DNA of 64,000 nt from the human T2T-CHM13v2.0 reference genome, Homo sapiens, in assembly GCF_009914755.1 (NCBI RefSeq), contig NC_060928.1, one strand, 5' to 3'. Each line of letters starts with the position of its first letter. The stretch's first letter is position 1. Shown here in pieces: positions 1-14,999 of the stretch. The notes beneath the pieces were generated by a model. That model was not told the origin of the DNA and searched no databases. It saw only the letters and a program-made list of their open reading frames with translations. The position numbers and the translations under genes were made by a program.

Positions 1-67
1 GTGATTAATGATAAATAAAATAACCAGGACACAAAACTATATACAAACATTGCTATGAACTTATAGG

Positions 68-361
68 TAAAACCTTAGGGAAGTAATTAGAATTAAATGA
101 GGCCAAAAGGGTGGGCCCCCTATGATGGGATTAATCCCCTTATAAGAAAAGAAAGAGACAGGAGATTCTTGCTCTTTCCTCTACATAAGGACACAGCAAG
201 AAGGCAGCCATCCACAACCAGGAAAAAGGGTCCTCACCAGACACCGCATCTGCTGGCACCTTGATCTTGGACTTCCCAACCTCTAGAACTGTGAGAAATA
301 AATGTTTGTCATCTAAGCCTTCCAGGCTGTGGTATTTTTTATAGCAGCCTGAACTCAGACA
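68..361 (+). mobile_element. MLT1A-like MaLR LTR (partial)
   Basis: Typical MLT1 3' half: ggcaccttgatcttggacttccc...ctagaactgtgagaaataaat...atagcagcctgaact. Confidence 0.75.
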
Positions 362-386
362 AATATCACTGCTATTTTTAGAAAAT

Positions 387-414
387 AGAGAGAGAGAGAG
401 AGAGAGTGTGTGTG
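387..414. repeat. (GA)n(GT)n microsatellite
   Basis: agagagagagagagagagagtgtgtgtg. Confidence 0.9.
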
Positions 415-3400
415 CACATAAAGAAATATGCCCTATGTAGTCATTGTTGGGGTTAAAAAAAAAAGAAGAAATATGCCCAAATGTTAACAGTGGTTATTTC
501 TAGGAAGTGGTCTTACAAGTGCTTTTTATTTTATTCATGTTTTCTGCAGTTTTCTACAATGATCATTTCATCAATTATCAATATTATCAAAATCAAATGA
601 GAATGTCAATTATTATAATTTTATAATGAGTAAAAACTCATTTTAAAAATCTCTATCCAAAGTGATCATTCTGGCCTCATAACAATTATAATGGCTATTA
701 ACACACCTGTAAATGACAGACATTAGCAGTAAAAAATACATCTGAATGGTGCTAGGGACACCAAATATATTCAATAAATATTAACTGACCAGTGATAAGG
801 TGGTTTATTATCTAACTAGGAGCTCAGTAAATATTTGGTGAAATATGAAAGGATAAATAGGTACATGTAAAGGAAAATGTATTGGTTCAATATAGCACCA
901 TTCATAGACCTTAATAAGTGACTTTATACTGTGGCAAAAAGGGGAATTTAGCTTTACTGAATACTGTGGTCAATTTGTGCTACTACTTTGTTTTTTGAAA
1001 GATATTTATTCAAATGTAACAAATTAAGAATGGGTCTTAGAAGTGGGTGGCAGAGGGTCATAAGACAAAAAACTAACATGCATTAAGATGGGATAGGAGT
1101 GTTGATATAAATAAGTGAACACATAAATACATAATATAAGAAATGTTAGTTACTGAAGTTTGGGCTACTTCTACATTCCCTTTTATCTAAATCTGGACTA
1201 TTCATATTAGAAGTTTCAGCATGCCCTTCATAATGATCTCATCAATAATCCTCTTCAGATCTGTCTTCTCTCTGACCTCACTCACCTCCACACTAGTCAG
1301 CTTTCCACCATCTTCCTTATCACAGTTCACTGAGTCTAGCTATGAGCTTGTGGGCTATCCACTCACTAGGGTGGGCTCTAGAACATGAAAGAAGTGTTAT
1401 GATTTCCTTAGTGATCTAGGTGGTATATCAAGCTTCTGGTTTCCTCTGTTTGATGTTTGTTATCTGTGTGCTCAATGACTCAACTGCTCACAGGGTTTAT
1501 ATGAGTCTTCAGCTTTTTTTTTTTTTTTTTCACCACCGGCCTCCAAGCATCTCCTGTACCTGACCTACCCCTCTGCCTGACCACTGCTGTCAGTTCTTAC
1601 AATCAACTTGACACTTGGTTCCCGGTCTAGTTCTACCTCTTAGATTCACTGTTAGCTCCAATTCTGGCCTTTCCAACTTCCCAGTGAGGAACCAGGATTT
1701 TAACAAATGTTCCACTCCCCTTTGAAACATGTCTAAGAGTTTTACTCTGGAATGCTATACATATATGATATGAATATAAACTAGTGTGACTCATTTAATC
1801 AGTCACAAGAAAAATCAATGTCAGTGTTTTATAATCTCATTTCTAACTATTAAGCAGAAAGGTACTACTACTTTAATTCAGATATGTGACATCCTCCCCT
1901 AGTCATCCTGTCTATTCTTCCTACTCCCTGCATTACCAGGAAGATAGACATACACATTCAACTCAGTATTTCAACTCTCATCTTCTTAGGTAAAACACAT
2001 TTTACATGTCTACACCAAATTATTAAAGATGATGGATAAAAAGGAAAGATTAACAGATATTGCTTCAAAATAAGATGGTTTGATTCAGAGAGTTTATAAA
2101 TGTAGGGAGTATCTCCCACCTCTATCATATTCAATGTGCAAGAAATGTCAAGTCGACCATGATATACGGGTCCATGCAGATGAGCTGGTTACTATAGTTC
2201 AAAATAAAGTAAACTATCATCTTTATATTACATAAAGGACTATGACTTAAGGGGAAAAAAACAAAGTTACTGCATGTGAAATGAGCCTAGAAAAATAAGC
2301 AAGGCTATGAGAGAAGAGATTTCAAAAACAATCAGGAGAGCTGGAGTTAGAAACAATTTGTAAGTTTATCAAAACTAAAATAAAAACTGAGTTTGAGAAA
2401 ATGGAGAAGCTCTCCAAAGAAAGAAAACTCACCAAAAGGCAAAACATTTGTCAAAAAGGTAGAAAGAGAACCAAGATGATTATATGTAGTCATGGAAGAA
2501 GGGAAACTTAAAAATGGAAAGGCCACAGAGGGCTTAGGAAGATGACCACAGTAGGGAACAAAACACTGAGTTGACAAATCAGAATTTAAATCTTCCTTAA
2601 TAGAAGAGTTTTAATAGATGATAAAAGAAAGAGATAGAGCAGTGAAATGGCAGAGATACACAATGGAGTTGAGATGTGATTTTTTTTTTTTTTTAAGGAA
2701 ACGAGAGAAGGCTTACCAAGTTATATAGGCAGGAGAAAATAAGTGGCAAGAATGAGAAAGGGGAGGAGGATGAGTGCCAGGAGAAGAAACAAGAGAAACA
2801 TAAGATGGAGAAGGAAGCCCAGGATGAAGACACAGGGAGAGGGGCTTTGACAAGGAGGAGGGTCAGGAGTGATGAAAAGAGGAAACAGAAGGTGGTGGGG
2901 GAGTGGAGAGAGACAGAAATGATTTGGTGTTAGAAAAAGATGTGGTGGTTAATGCAAAATGGTCTTAATTTTCTCAATAAAGATGTCAGGTTGCCTTCTG
3001 AGGGTGTGGAGAATCTGCATGTGAATGAATATATAAAATAATCCATCCATGCAGTTAGTTGACTTTATCTCCAGGCCAGAGAGGTTACATCTCAGGACAA
3101 GACTTAGCAAGCAGAGCCTAGACAGGAAGCTAAGGGAGTTGACTAGTTATGGAGGGGGTCCAGATAGCTTTCCAACTATATCCAAAAATGCTTGCTCTAA
3201 CCAGATGTAAAATTAAAAACTGGTTTGGTCAATAATAATTTGACAAAATACTGACTGAATGTGTTTCAGTTCCTTAGGAGGTCCACTTATTGGCTCCCTA
3301 AATAAGCTTCATTTTGAAAAATTATGATACTAGAACTTTCTGGTCATGTAAATCTTAAACTCTGGTTTCAAAAAAGAAAAACTTGTCACTTGCTTTATAA

Positions 3401-4926
3401 AGTGCTTGTTGTTGAAGGCAATGAAAAAGAAGACAGCAGCTTGCTAGATGACTCTGTCTAACTTTTTGGAAAAAAGCCAGACCAATTAAAGTCCTTTCTT
3501 TCCCCAGAATGCCAAACTGTCTGAAATCCAGAAGTTTGCTTGCATTCCTTCTGAAATTGCAATTTTAAACCAAGGTCCCTGGGTACCTCTTGTCCTGAAG
3601 CTATTTCACACTCCATCTGCCCTGCATGCCACAAGCATTTCTTCATCACACGGAATGGGAGTTTCCACTTCCACATAGTGGTGGTTCCACTCCACCCTGG
3701 CTACGGAAAACACATTTTCCTCCACCTCATACTTACATTTCCATCTCTGTCACATAAGGATTTTAACTTTTTATCAGAATGTAGGTTCAAGGAGTGGACA
3801 CAAGAGTCACCAAAATCAAATCATATTTTTCACAAGTACATCTTCAAATGGACATTATTTTACAGAAATAACTAAATTTAAAAAAAAACTGAAGAATTTC
3901 TGGAATGGGCTAAAATTATCTCTGAACTTCACCTGTGAGTAATCAGGAATCTGCCAGTAGCAGGAAAGGCTAATAAATAAGGGACCTTAGGTTTTCACTA
4001 CAAATAAATTCTAATTTGGGCCATTTCACTACATTAGTTAACCAATCTTCTATGGCACTGGAAAAAGAAATACAAGTATGTTTGCTTTTTTTCCTTTTCA
4101 AAACCACTTGGTTACAGATTCTTATAATCTACAGCAGACAGAATGCTAGCTCTTAAAACAAAAGAGAAGAGGTTAGAACAGCAAGGAGGGGAAAAAAACC
4201 CGAAATGAGCAGAATATGTGAAACCCTTCATAACATACTAACCACATGTGGCCAGCATCTTGACTAACTCCAAAGTAGAGATGACTCTCGGCCACTTGTT
4301 GAAGATTTTAAATCTTTACAACCATCTGCTGTTTCTCACTCCACATACATGGCCATCAGAGCCACCATTACAAGTTGCTCACATGGACAAGAGCTGGGGT
4401 CAGCAGATGGCCCTTCAAGTATATCTTTTGAAGGTTCATATTCGATTAGACCAGCTTTTTAAAAGTGCTAACTAGGCAACAAGCAATTCAGAGAAGCAAA
4501 AGGGAATTTCTTCTTTGATAGGACGAAAAATAATAGTGGTAACTTATAAGTGAATCTGTTTTGAGTCTAACTTGAAAGCGGGTTACATCAAACATAGTAT
4601 ACATCAAAACATTAAGCATTCTTAAGACTGGGATTAAAAATTCTCTTCAAAATCAGATAAACATTTATGGCTATCTTTTTAGGAATTTAAGCACTGTTTG
4701 ACATCATACATGACAAACTTAACAATTTTTATTTTCAAACCAAAGACCAATTGAAAGACATGAAAAATTGAATTATCTAAAATCTAATTAATAAAAGCCA
4801 TTCATTTGTCATGTTTTCCTCCCAGCACTCCAGTCTTTTAAATAAAGGCTAGAGTGTGGCACCTATTAAATATTCAGCCAAATAATGGACTTCCAGGGCT
4901 GTCCTAAAGTGTACTGGAAAATCAAC

Positions 4927-5066
4927 TCAATTTCTCAACAGAGATGATTTTTGCCATCCTCTTCCCCCTCCCCAGGGCAAACATCCTATAATGCATAGGA
5001 CAGCCTCTCCAGAACAAAGAATTATCTGGCCCAAAAGGCCAATACTCCTGAGATTGAGAAACCCTG
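4927..5066 (+). mobile_element. MER20 (hAT-Charlie) with internal deletion
   Basis: ttctcaac...gatttttgcc start and aaacatcctataatgcataggacagcc...caaagaattatctggcccaaaa...ttgagaaaccctg end match recalled MER20. Confidence 0.7.
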
Positions 5067-5870
5067 CTAATGGGTATATTAAGAAAGAAAGACAGATTGA
5101 GTTGATAGTTTTATAAAATGTAAATTTCACTCTCACCCTAAAGGGGCAGAAAAGAAAAAAGAGATCTCAAAGTCACAGGAAAAAAGAAAAGCAGGTAACA
5201 GAACAAAACATCACTATATAAGACATATAGCTTTACAGTTATTTCCTCCTAGACCTCTTTACAGTAAGAAAGAAGGTCAATGACTAGACACAGCTCAGGT
5301 CTACAGCCTAACGGAACATCATGGCCAGATCTCAGTGGCATCTGATGGTACAGATACAGAAAAACTATACTCTGTGTTTTTAAGAGGAGTGGGAAGAAAT
5401 GGGACAAGGAGATCGATGCTACCTGCCCCCAGTGATACCTAAGGACATGAGTGTGCTGTGAGGAAGCCTCTTCCAGAGTAGGGGGGAGCCTTCATAAACT
5501 TCTTTATTCAACTGCAACCAGTGAGATTTATGGCATAGTATGGTACCAGATACTGACAAAGAGCCATTAAAATGATAACAAAGAACTTCTAGTAGCATGG
5601 AACGATGCTCATGAAAAGTAAATTAAAAAGCAGGACACAAAACTCTATTATATTATAAACTCAACTGCGTACAACTGTGTTAGATTAATGTATAAAGAGA
5701 ATAAAAGCAAACCACACAAAAAGTATTGGTGACATAGGTGTTAATTTTCTCTTTTTAAATGCTCTCGTAATTTTTCTCAAACATATTTTCAATTGGTTGA
5801 CCTCTTAGGGGGCACTTACTCCATTTACCCCTTATTCACCCAAGAATGCATCAAAATCAGGGCACCCTAG

Positions 5871-6233
<363 letters not shown>

Positions 6234-8399
6234 GGAAGACAGGTTTTTCAGAGTGAGCACAAATGGCTGGGACCTATTTTTCTTCCACTGGAGGACATCA
6301 AGGGCACTTGTATGGGGAGACCTGGACTGCTCTACATATGCATTAGGGAAAATACTCATTCAGGAACTGTCTCATTTGCTCTTTTTACTTTTTCTCTGGT
6401 ACTGATACTTTACAAGAGTGGTCAAACCCCATCAGGGCTTTAGAGAAAGAGAAAATGACCTTTGTCCTGCTTTGGGTTCAAAGCTACTTTGGCTTCCTGG
6501 CATTAAAAAAAATGTCTTCAACGTAGTCGATTCCAGCTCACTAGAATTCCACACTGGGGGCAAAGCCCAAGAGTACTGCTCTGTCTTCAATTGCTGTTTA
6601 CTGCTCCATGCATATCTCCCCTTCCCCCTCCCTTCTTTCTCCCAGATACTATAGTTGACTAAGAGCAGCATATAGGTATTGCTGGGTTTTATACCAAAAA
6701 TACCATAATAACATCTCTTTAATGGTGTCTTATCTATCATTCCTAGTATCAACCACTAAGAGAAAAAAATCACTTTTATTTTATTTCCAGAAAATGTAAG
6801 CTTCTCACCTCCCTACAATGGTTTCAAAAGAGGGGCTTATGAAAAGATAAAACAAATAATGCATATTTCCATGTCATCTGTTGCATTACTGATTAAAGAA
6901 AGTTTGCCATAAAAACTAGGTAGAATGTATCATCTTCTATTGTTGAATAATATTCTAAAGGGAGCAAAATACACAAAATCTTTTATTAACTGCTTTACGA
7001 AATGTAGAAGCAGACTCTTGCCATCAGAACACTTTTGGAATCAAAATATTTGCTGTTACAGAAAATTTAAATTGTACACAATAATGATGGTGTGTGAAAC
7101 ACGAACCCTTCACTAATTCCATCACACTTTTATACCTACAGTTCCTTCCATTAAAACTCTCTGCCCATTACCTGTGGAATTACAAAAGAGGATACTGAAC
7201 TAAATTGGTTTTGTTTTGAAATGGGGGAGGTGAGTAGATTTATGTATTTGATAAGAAAAAGCAAAACAGCCTTCATTTAATATAACAATTATACTACAAG
7301 TCCTACTGACTGTGCCTCCTGAAGATGCTTTGAAGTCAAGCCACTTCCTCCAGTCTGCCCATTGCAACCCACCCATATGATACTGATACATGCCTACACA
7401 CTGACCTCCCTGTCTTTCTCTTTTCTAAACTTTTGGGTCACTTTTATAACTTTTATGTTCCATGTGGATACTTTCACACTTGTCCTTGGTTTTACAAACA
7501 CTACAAGTATACTGACTTTGTAATCTATATCTGGTAATTCTAACATGTGAAGTCTCTGCAGGTCTGCTTCTGCTGACTGTAGTTTCCATTTTTTTTCTTG
7601 CTTATGGTGCTTTGTTGCCTTGTATCCTTTGTCATTTTTGACTAAAACTGTTCATTAAGTATATATAAATATTTATAGGAGTAAGTCGAGACCTAGGACA
7701 CTGATGTGCTGCTCTAGGAAGAGTTTATGTTTGCTTCTGCTGAATGCTTAGAGGCCTGCCTACTTAAGAACCACAAAAAACTAATTTCATGACTTGAGGG
7801 TTTTTTGTTTGTTTGTTTTAATATCACCCAGGTAATGTAAGTCTGGCCCATTTGAGCAGAGCTTTCAGCTTTCGAGCTTAAAGTAGAATGTCCTGCTCAC
7901 AGTCTCCTAGAACAGGAGAAGGAACTGGGTTCATTTCAGGTTCTCCCTTACACTTAATTAAGGCAGCAGGGAGTCTCAACTGAATGGGAGTGTCTCCTGT
8001 TGGGCTCTCCACCTTGATCATGGGCAGAGTTGTATTTTCTATCCCCATCTACACTATGAGGCATTGAAAATCAATACTCTCAAGTTTGTTAGTTTTACCA
8101 GGGCAAAAGCAGCTTCAACGCTCAGCTTATGTGAATTTTCAGCATTCGCTTACTGGTTTTGGCCTCACAGTTCTTATCATCATCTTGTCAGATCCACAAT
8201 ACTTTTATGAAAATGTTTCATTTAATCCAGCATTTTTAATTTCTTCAGAAAGGCAATCTGTTAAATCTAACCTACCTCTTTACCAGAAACCCAAATTTTT
8301 TATAACCAATCCATACAGTCACACCACCATCTTTTAAAAATTCTTATCAACTCCAGCTCCTACCTTTCAAGAACTGCCTTATCTGGCTCCTGAATATCT

Positions 8400-8830
8400 C
8401 ATCATCCTCCTTTGACTCTGTTCTACCTCACTCTGTTTAACCCTCTATGATCCTTCTCACCCAAGACCTTGACATGCACAGATCCTTTTGTCCAGAATAC
8501 TATTATTCCCTTCTTCATCAAAGGAGTGCTGACTCATCTTTTGGAGCTTAGTGCAAACATCACTTACTCCAGGAACCTATCCCCGGTACCTCAGGCTTGG
8601 TCAAGCAAGTGCTAACTGCGTTTCCCACAGTCTTCTGCCAAGTACTTACCATCTTCAATTGTATGGTCAGTGGTTTACTATCTGTCTTCTTTCCTAGAAT
8701 TTAAGTTCCATAAGGGCAATGACAATATCTGCCTGTTTCCAACTATAGTACCTACAACCTAGCAATGGCTTGCAAGCAAACTATTTGCAAATAGTAAAGA
8801 CTCCATAAGAAATTAATAAATGAATAATGC
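8400..8830 (+). mobile_element. L2 LINE 3' fragment
   Basis: Degenerate L2 3' end: ctagaatttaagttccataagggcaatgac...ctagcaatggcttg...ttaataaatgaataa; boundaries approximate. Confidence 0.55.
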
Positions 8831-9490
8831 AAAGTAAAGTCAAAGTTTTGTACTAATTTCAATAGAATATATTGACCTCAATACAAGATCCAGTATATAT
8901 AAAATATATAATTTGATTTTCAAAAATATACATAGTTATACTATACCTAATTATAATTCAAATGCATACTAGAAGACAATATGATAGAGTTTAAATTAGG
9001 TCTTATCTATTAATGATCATGAAGCAACTCCCCACTATAAAGTATGTGCAAAATTAACAAATACAGGATGAGACTCATTGGTAAATTCACGCAGTTATAG
9101 TCAGACTCTACATGTATTCAGACGAAACATCAAAATTAATAAAAACAAGGCATTTTATGAATTAACAGAAAAGACAGTTTCCCAATACTCTAACAGAAAT
9201 ACTTGTGTATTGCAAAGACTGTGGCAAGAAAGGGAAAGGAAAGAATTCACACAAGAAACGTTTCAGTGGTCAACTTGATAAGACTCGGCTATGAAGAGTG
9301 AGGGAAAAGGATAAAGGACTTTAAGGTTCTATATAGTGCGAATAAGAAGTAACTAAAGAAATGTAGGATTTGGGGATATTATGAGGGTAAAGGTAAAGCT
9401 GGTTTTGGCCATTTTAAGAAATGGCTGAAGAAGAAATAAATTTAGAAAGAAATCAAAGAAGCAAGAAATCTAAGTAGAAATGTTCACTAG

Positions 9491-10040
9491 TGTGGCAGGC
9501 AGAATTCTAACATAGCCCCAATGACCTTTGTCCCCAGTGTTATTACCATCCTATGTTATTGCATGGCAAAAGAGATTTTGCAGATACAATTAAAGTTACT
9601 AATCAGTTGACCTTAAAACAGCAAAATTATCTGCGTGGCCCTAAGCTAATCACTCAAATTTTCCTGTCTTGTAGCAGAAGGGAAGTCAGAGAGATCTGAG
9701 GCATGACAGGGATGCAACATGAGGGAGGTTCTACTGCTGAGATGAAGCAGCCCACAAAAAAAGACCAAAAGTGGCCTCTAGGAGCAGACAGCAATGCTCA
9801 GCCAATAGCCAGTAAGAAGACAAGGACTTCAGTTCTGTAACTAGAAGGAACTGAACTCGGCTAATAACAGGGTTCAGTCTGACAGTGGATTCCTTTCAGA
9901 GCCTTCAGATAAGAACCCAACCTGGCCAGAGAACCCTGTCAAGCACACCCAGTCTTCTGACCTAAAGAACCATGCATGAGGTAATAAATGGGTGTTACTT
10001 TAAGTGGTGCTTTGTTACGCAACAACGAAAAACTAATACA
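9491..10040 (+). mobile_element. MLT1E/F-like MaLR solo LTR
   Basis: tgtggcaggcagaattctaa start, ggcaaaagagattttgcagat, aaggaactgaa, end aaaactaataca. Confidence 0.75.
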
Positions 10041-10205
10041 ACTGGGAAACACTGATGTACAGGTTTAAAAATCACCCCCACAGAAACCACAGGAACGGAT
10101 GACCTCTCCCATGGAAAGTATATCTGAAAAAGCCTTGAAGGATGCCTACAGTTAGAGTGTTTTTTAAAAATGACACTAACAGTACATTATTTAAAGTATA
10201 CTCTG

Positions 10206-10536
<331 letters not shown>

Positions 10537-13297
10537 CTACTGAAAATGTGGAAATAACCAGATAACAGGCATTTATGTCCACCTGCCCATTCATTTACCC
10601 ATTTCCACAAGGCACTCTCACTCGTGTGTACTGTCTGCTTTTTGAGTTTACTATTTCACTAATCTGAATAATCCTGTATCTATCTACCCTAATATAAAGA
10701 CTTACATTATAACAGAGGGGAAAAAATACAAATAAGATAACTGAATTACCTCTAAAAGTTTATTTGCAATTTCTGAAAGAATGGACTTTAATCTTGTAGT
10801 CCTAAAACTAAATTTCCTTTAGTGCCTATTATAACTAATTTGAACCTCCTTAACTTTCTAAATATAAACAGATGATTTTTATCATAATTCTTATCAACAA
10901 CGTTTTGCCTGAAATCTTCATAAAGTTTGTTTCTTTTCTCCTAAGCATTGTCTTACATTGGTATTTAATCAAATAAAAAACAAAACAAATTCATTAATTA
11001 CATAAAACCTGGCGCTGAGTAACATCCATTAATCAAACAAAAGACAACCTCATCTGTGCATAATTAATAACTGTTTTCTCACTACATCAAATGCTATCAC
11101 CTTTCCACAAAATTTTAATCACTTTCCAACGTATTACCATCAACTTAATTATTTTTGAACACAAACACAAAAAGTTAGAAAACTAAGGCAGTTTTAAAGC
11201 TTCCCCAGTTATTACTTATTAAGATTTGGTAACCCCCAAAAAATTCCAAGAAAATGAGCCACTCATGCAACTAATATAGAATTCATCTTTGGAAAATCTT
11301 AAGAGAACTGATGTAATTATTTAGCTTTTGAATGATTAAAAGAGAGACTTAAAGCAATACTACACAGTTATTTAACCAAACATCAAAGTTACCAAAGGCT
11401 TACCAGCACATCAGTCAACTACATACAGATGGGGTTTAGGGTCCTGCGTGTGATTAAACCAACTGATCATGCAAAGAGACCACAGTAATGAAACATTTTG
11501 GCACAAGAAGTGTAAAAGAAAAGCTCAACTCTTTTTAGTTTGGTTTTCATAACTCATCAAAATGGAAATTCACCTAAGTTTTAAGCATTTAGCCATTAGC
11601 AGAATAATTTTATTTCCCTCTCCTTGCTCTCCCTTGCCACTATATTAGCAACTTAAGGAAGTTAATCCTAACGCTCAGAACAAGATTGTGTTCATAATCC
11701 CTTATACACAAACTAAATAAATCTCATGCTAGGTGAGAAGCAAAAGGTTTCTGGGCCCAGCATTTCACCTGACATTGTATGTTTTATAGATCTGTAGGAA
11801 GGCACTGCTACCCTTTTTTAGTGGTTTTAAAGTGGGGAGCTTTTAAAAGAACTACAAATTATAGGGCCTCTCCCCAGACTAAGTAAATTAGAATTTTTGA
11901 CAATGGCCTACCATAAAAGGGCAGAACTGTACTCAAAACTTTTTTACTTCCCTTAATAATCAATTTATATTTTAAAGTTTTAATCACCTTTTGTGGTAAA
12001 GCAGTTCAAGGTTTACTACAATTTCTTTTTATTCTTTTTTTCTTAAAAAAATTTTAAGGCATCCTTTTGGTAGAAAAGGTCCATTGGTAGAAAAAATCCT
12101 TTTATAACTCTCAGCACACCGCTTTTACAGTTGCACTTTTTAGACAGTGAAATCGTACTAGGTGTACATATATAGTATATATACACATACATACAGATAC
12201 ATATTTCTTTTAAAGGCAAACAAAATCCCACATGATTTAGAACTTTTTCTAAATGTTTACAAACCTAATTTTGTACAAGGGTAAAAATGTTCTAGTTTGT
12301 TGCAAATTTTTCTTTTGGTGTGGTTCAGAAGTATACTAGAATCTGGGCCACATTTCAGATCTTCAGAAAATATAAACTAGAATATCTTCCGTCTTGAATT
12401 ATATAGGGAATAGTCAGGAGTCCTTTTACACTTGCCTTTTCTGTTCATTCACTCTCATAAGACTTTCCTGCATTTTAGCTACAGTTCATCGCTCAGAAAA
12501 GTCTGCTGTCATCTAAAAGTATGCATTGTCTCCAGAATTATTTCTGTCATTAATGAGAAACCTAACATCTCCCAATCTCCACTGGTAATAATAGTATTTC
12601 TTTCTCCAGACAACTTATCATTTATTTCAAATAAATCAAATGACAACAAACTACATCCATTTTAGAAACAAGAGAATGTTGTTTTAATTTTTTAAAGGTT
12701 TCTTTTTCTCTTCTGTCCCCACTATTACAAAATGAGCCATAAAAATGAGGACACAGGGTCAGGGCTACATTATTCCTAAATGGGGAACCAACTATGAAGT
12801 ATCATGGGAAAGGATGGCAGCTTTCAGACTAATGGTTACTAGGCCATAGTCAATTTCCAATTAGCACATGTCAGTAGAGCTGACACTGATAAAAATGTAA
12901 ATTAAAAAAATTATCTGTTTTGCTTGTTGTATTATCTGTTTGCTTGCTGAATGTGGATTGTGATTTGTACTAAAAGAGCAGGTATACTAAATAAAGGTCA
13001 AGCACAAAACATTTCATATGTACAAGTACCTACTAAGGTGTAAAAATAACTAGGTGCTATAGATAATGCAAAGAGCTACACATTTTGGGCTAAGAGGGAA
13101 TCACCCTGTCCACTGCCTTTATTCCAGAGACAAGGAAACAGGGCAGAGAAGACAGGACTCTCAAGTTATATAGCAAGGACAGGGCTATAACCCACAACTT
13201 CAGAGTTTACAGCTTCACACTACCACTTTAAACTTACAGAGTGTACTACCTATAGATGAAAGTTAATACAATTCTGTCAGTCAAAGAGAGACAGATA

Positions 13298-14590
13298 CAA
13301 GGGGCCTCCAAAAGGTTCATGGAAAATGTTCATTATCAAAAACAACTATGCATGGATTTCCATTTTTCACCAAAATAAACTCACACTAACTGATTATAAC
13401 ATGTCTGAACAGGATCTAGTTTGAGGCACTAAGAAGGGTAAGACATCAGTTTGAAAAAGAGCCCCTATCAGGGCAATATGAGTTCTGCTAAAACTGAAGC
13501 AAGAACAAACATCAACTTTATGGTTAAGCTTGGGTAAAAAGAATGGTGAAATCACTGATGCTTCAGCAATAGTTTATGGGGATAATGTCCCAAAGAAATC
13601 AGCAGTTTACATTTTAAGAAGGGACAAAATGATGTTGGAGATGATGCCCATAGTGGCAGACCACATAAATTTTCAAGGAAGAAATTAATCTTGCCCATGC
13701 CCAGGACCAACAATTTTGATAGTAGAGACAAAAGCCAACACCATAGACATCTCAGTTGGTTTGGCTTACACGATTCTGACTGTAAAATTAAAGTTGAGCA
13801 AACTTTCCACTTGACTGGTGCCAAAACCACTACACCCAGATCAGCTGCAGACAAGAGCAAAGCTTTCAATGGACATTTTAAACAAGTGGGATCAAGATCC
13901 TGGTAAGAACTGAGGGAGGAGATCAAACGTGGCTTTACGAGCACAATCCTGAAAATAAAGCACAACCAAGCAATGACTACTAAGAGGCAGAAGTGGTCCA
14001 GTCAAAGCAAAAGTGAACCAGTCAAGAGCAAAGGTCGTGGAAACAGTTTTTTGGGATGCTCAAGGCATTTTGCTTGTTGACTTTCTGGAGGGCCAAAGAA
14101 CAATAACATCTACTTATTATGAGAATGTTTTGAGAAAGTTAGCCAAATCTTTAGTGGAAAAACGCCCAGGAAAGCTTCACCAGAGAGTCCCTCTCCACCA
14201 TGGCAATGCTCCTGCTCATTCCTCTCATCAAACAAGGGCAATTTTACAGGAATTTCAATGGGACATTATTAGGCATCCACCTCTAAGGTCCTAATTTGGC
14301 TCTTTCTGGCTTCATTTCCTAATCTTAAAAAATCTTTAAGGGGCACCCATTTTTCTTCAGTCAAAAAAGACTACATTGACATGGTTAAATTCCCAGGACC
14401 CTTGGTTCTTTTTTATCCCTAGTCTCCAGATCTCCAGATACCCTCATCCTTCAGGAATGGATTAAATGACTGGTATCATCACTCACAAAAGTGTCCTGAT
14501 CTTGATGGAGCTTATGTTAAGAAATAAAGTTTACATTTTTTATTTTTATGTTTTAATTCCATTTTCCACAAACTTTTTGAAGTCCCCTCA
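13298..14590 (+). mobile_element. HSMAR2 mariner DNA transposon, essentially full length (~1.3 kb)
   Basis: TA then TIR caaggggcctccaaaaggttcatggaaaatg; right TIR cattttccacaaactttttgaagtcccctc; internal mariner transposase remnants. Confidence 0.9.
13478..14527 (+). pseudogene. Disrupted Hsmar2 mariner transposase
   Basis: ATG 13478 gives MSSAKTEARTNINFMVKLG-stop. ORF 14013..14294 (VFWDAQGILLVDFL...LHHGNAPAH...HPP) is the catalytic region, with HDNAP changed to HGNAP and the YSPDL region frameshifted. Confidence 0.88.
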
Positions 14591-14598
14591 CGTATGTT

Positions 14599-14925
14599 TG
14601 ATATAGTTTGGCTCTGTGTTCCCACACAAATTCCATCTTGAATTATAATCCCCACATGTCAGGGGAGGAACCTGGTGGAAGGTGATTAGATCATGGGTGC
14701 AGTTTCCCCCATGCTGTTTACAAGATAGTGAGTTCTCATAGATCTGACGGTTTAAAAGTGTGGCACTTCCCCACTTTGTTCTCTTTCCTGTGGCCATGTA
14801 AATCGTGCTTTGCTTCTCCTTCACTCCCCAGCCATGCAGAACCGTGAGTCAATTAAACCTCTTTTGTTTACAAATTATCCAGTCTCATGTCGTTTTTTAT
14901 AGCACTGTGAAAACGGATAAATACA
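14599..14925 (+). mobile_element. THE1D-like MaLR solo LTR
   Basis: tgatatagtttggctctgtg...gtgagtcaattaaacctc...aataca; perfect 5-bp TSD ATGTT (14594-14598, 14926-14930). Confidence 0.88.
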
Positions 14926-14999
14926 ATGTTCAATACTACCAATAATTTGTACTAAAAGCTTGGGTTTTTTTGCTCTTCCTAAGATCTTTGAAGACAGAA

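Noticed and set aside
14013-14294. Possible domesticated transposase gene (SETMAR-like)
   Set aside because: Catalytic Asp lost, multiple stops and frameshifts, and opposite strand to the host gene.
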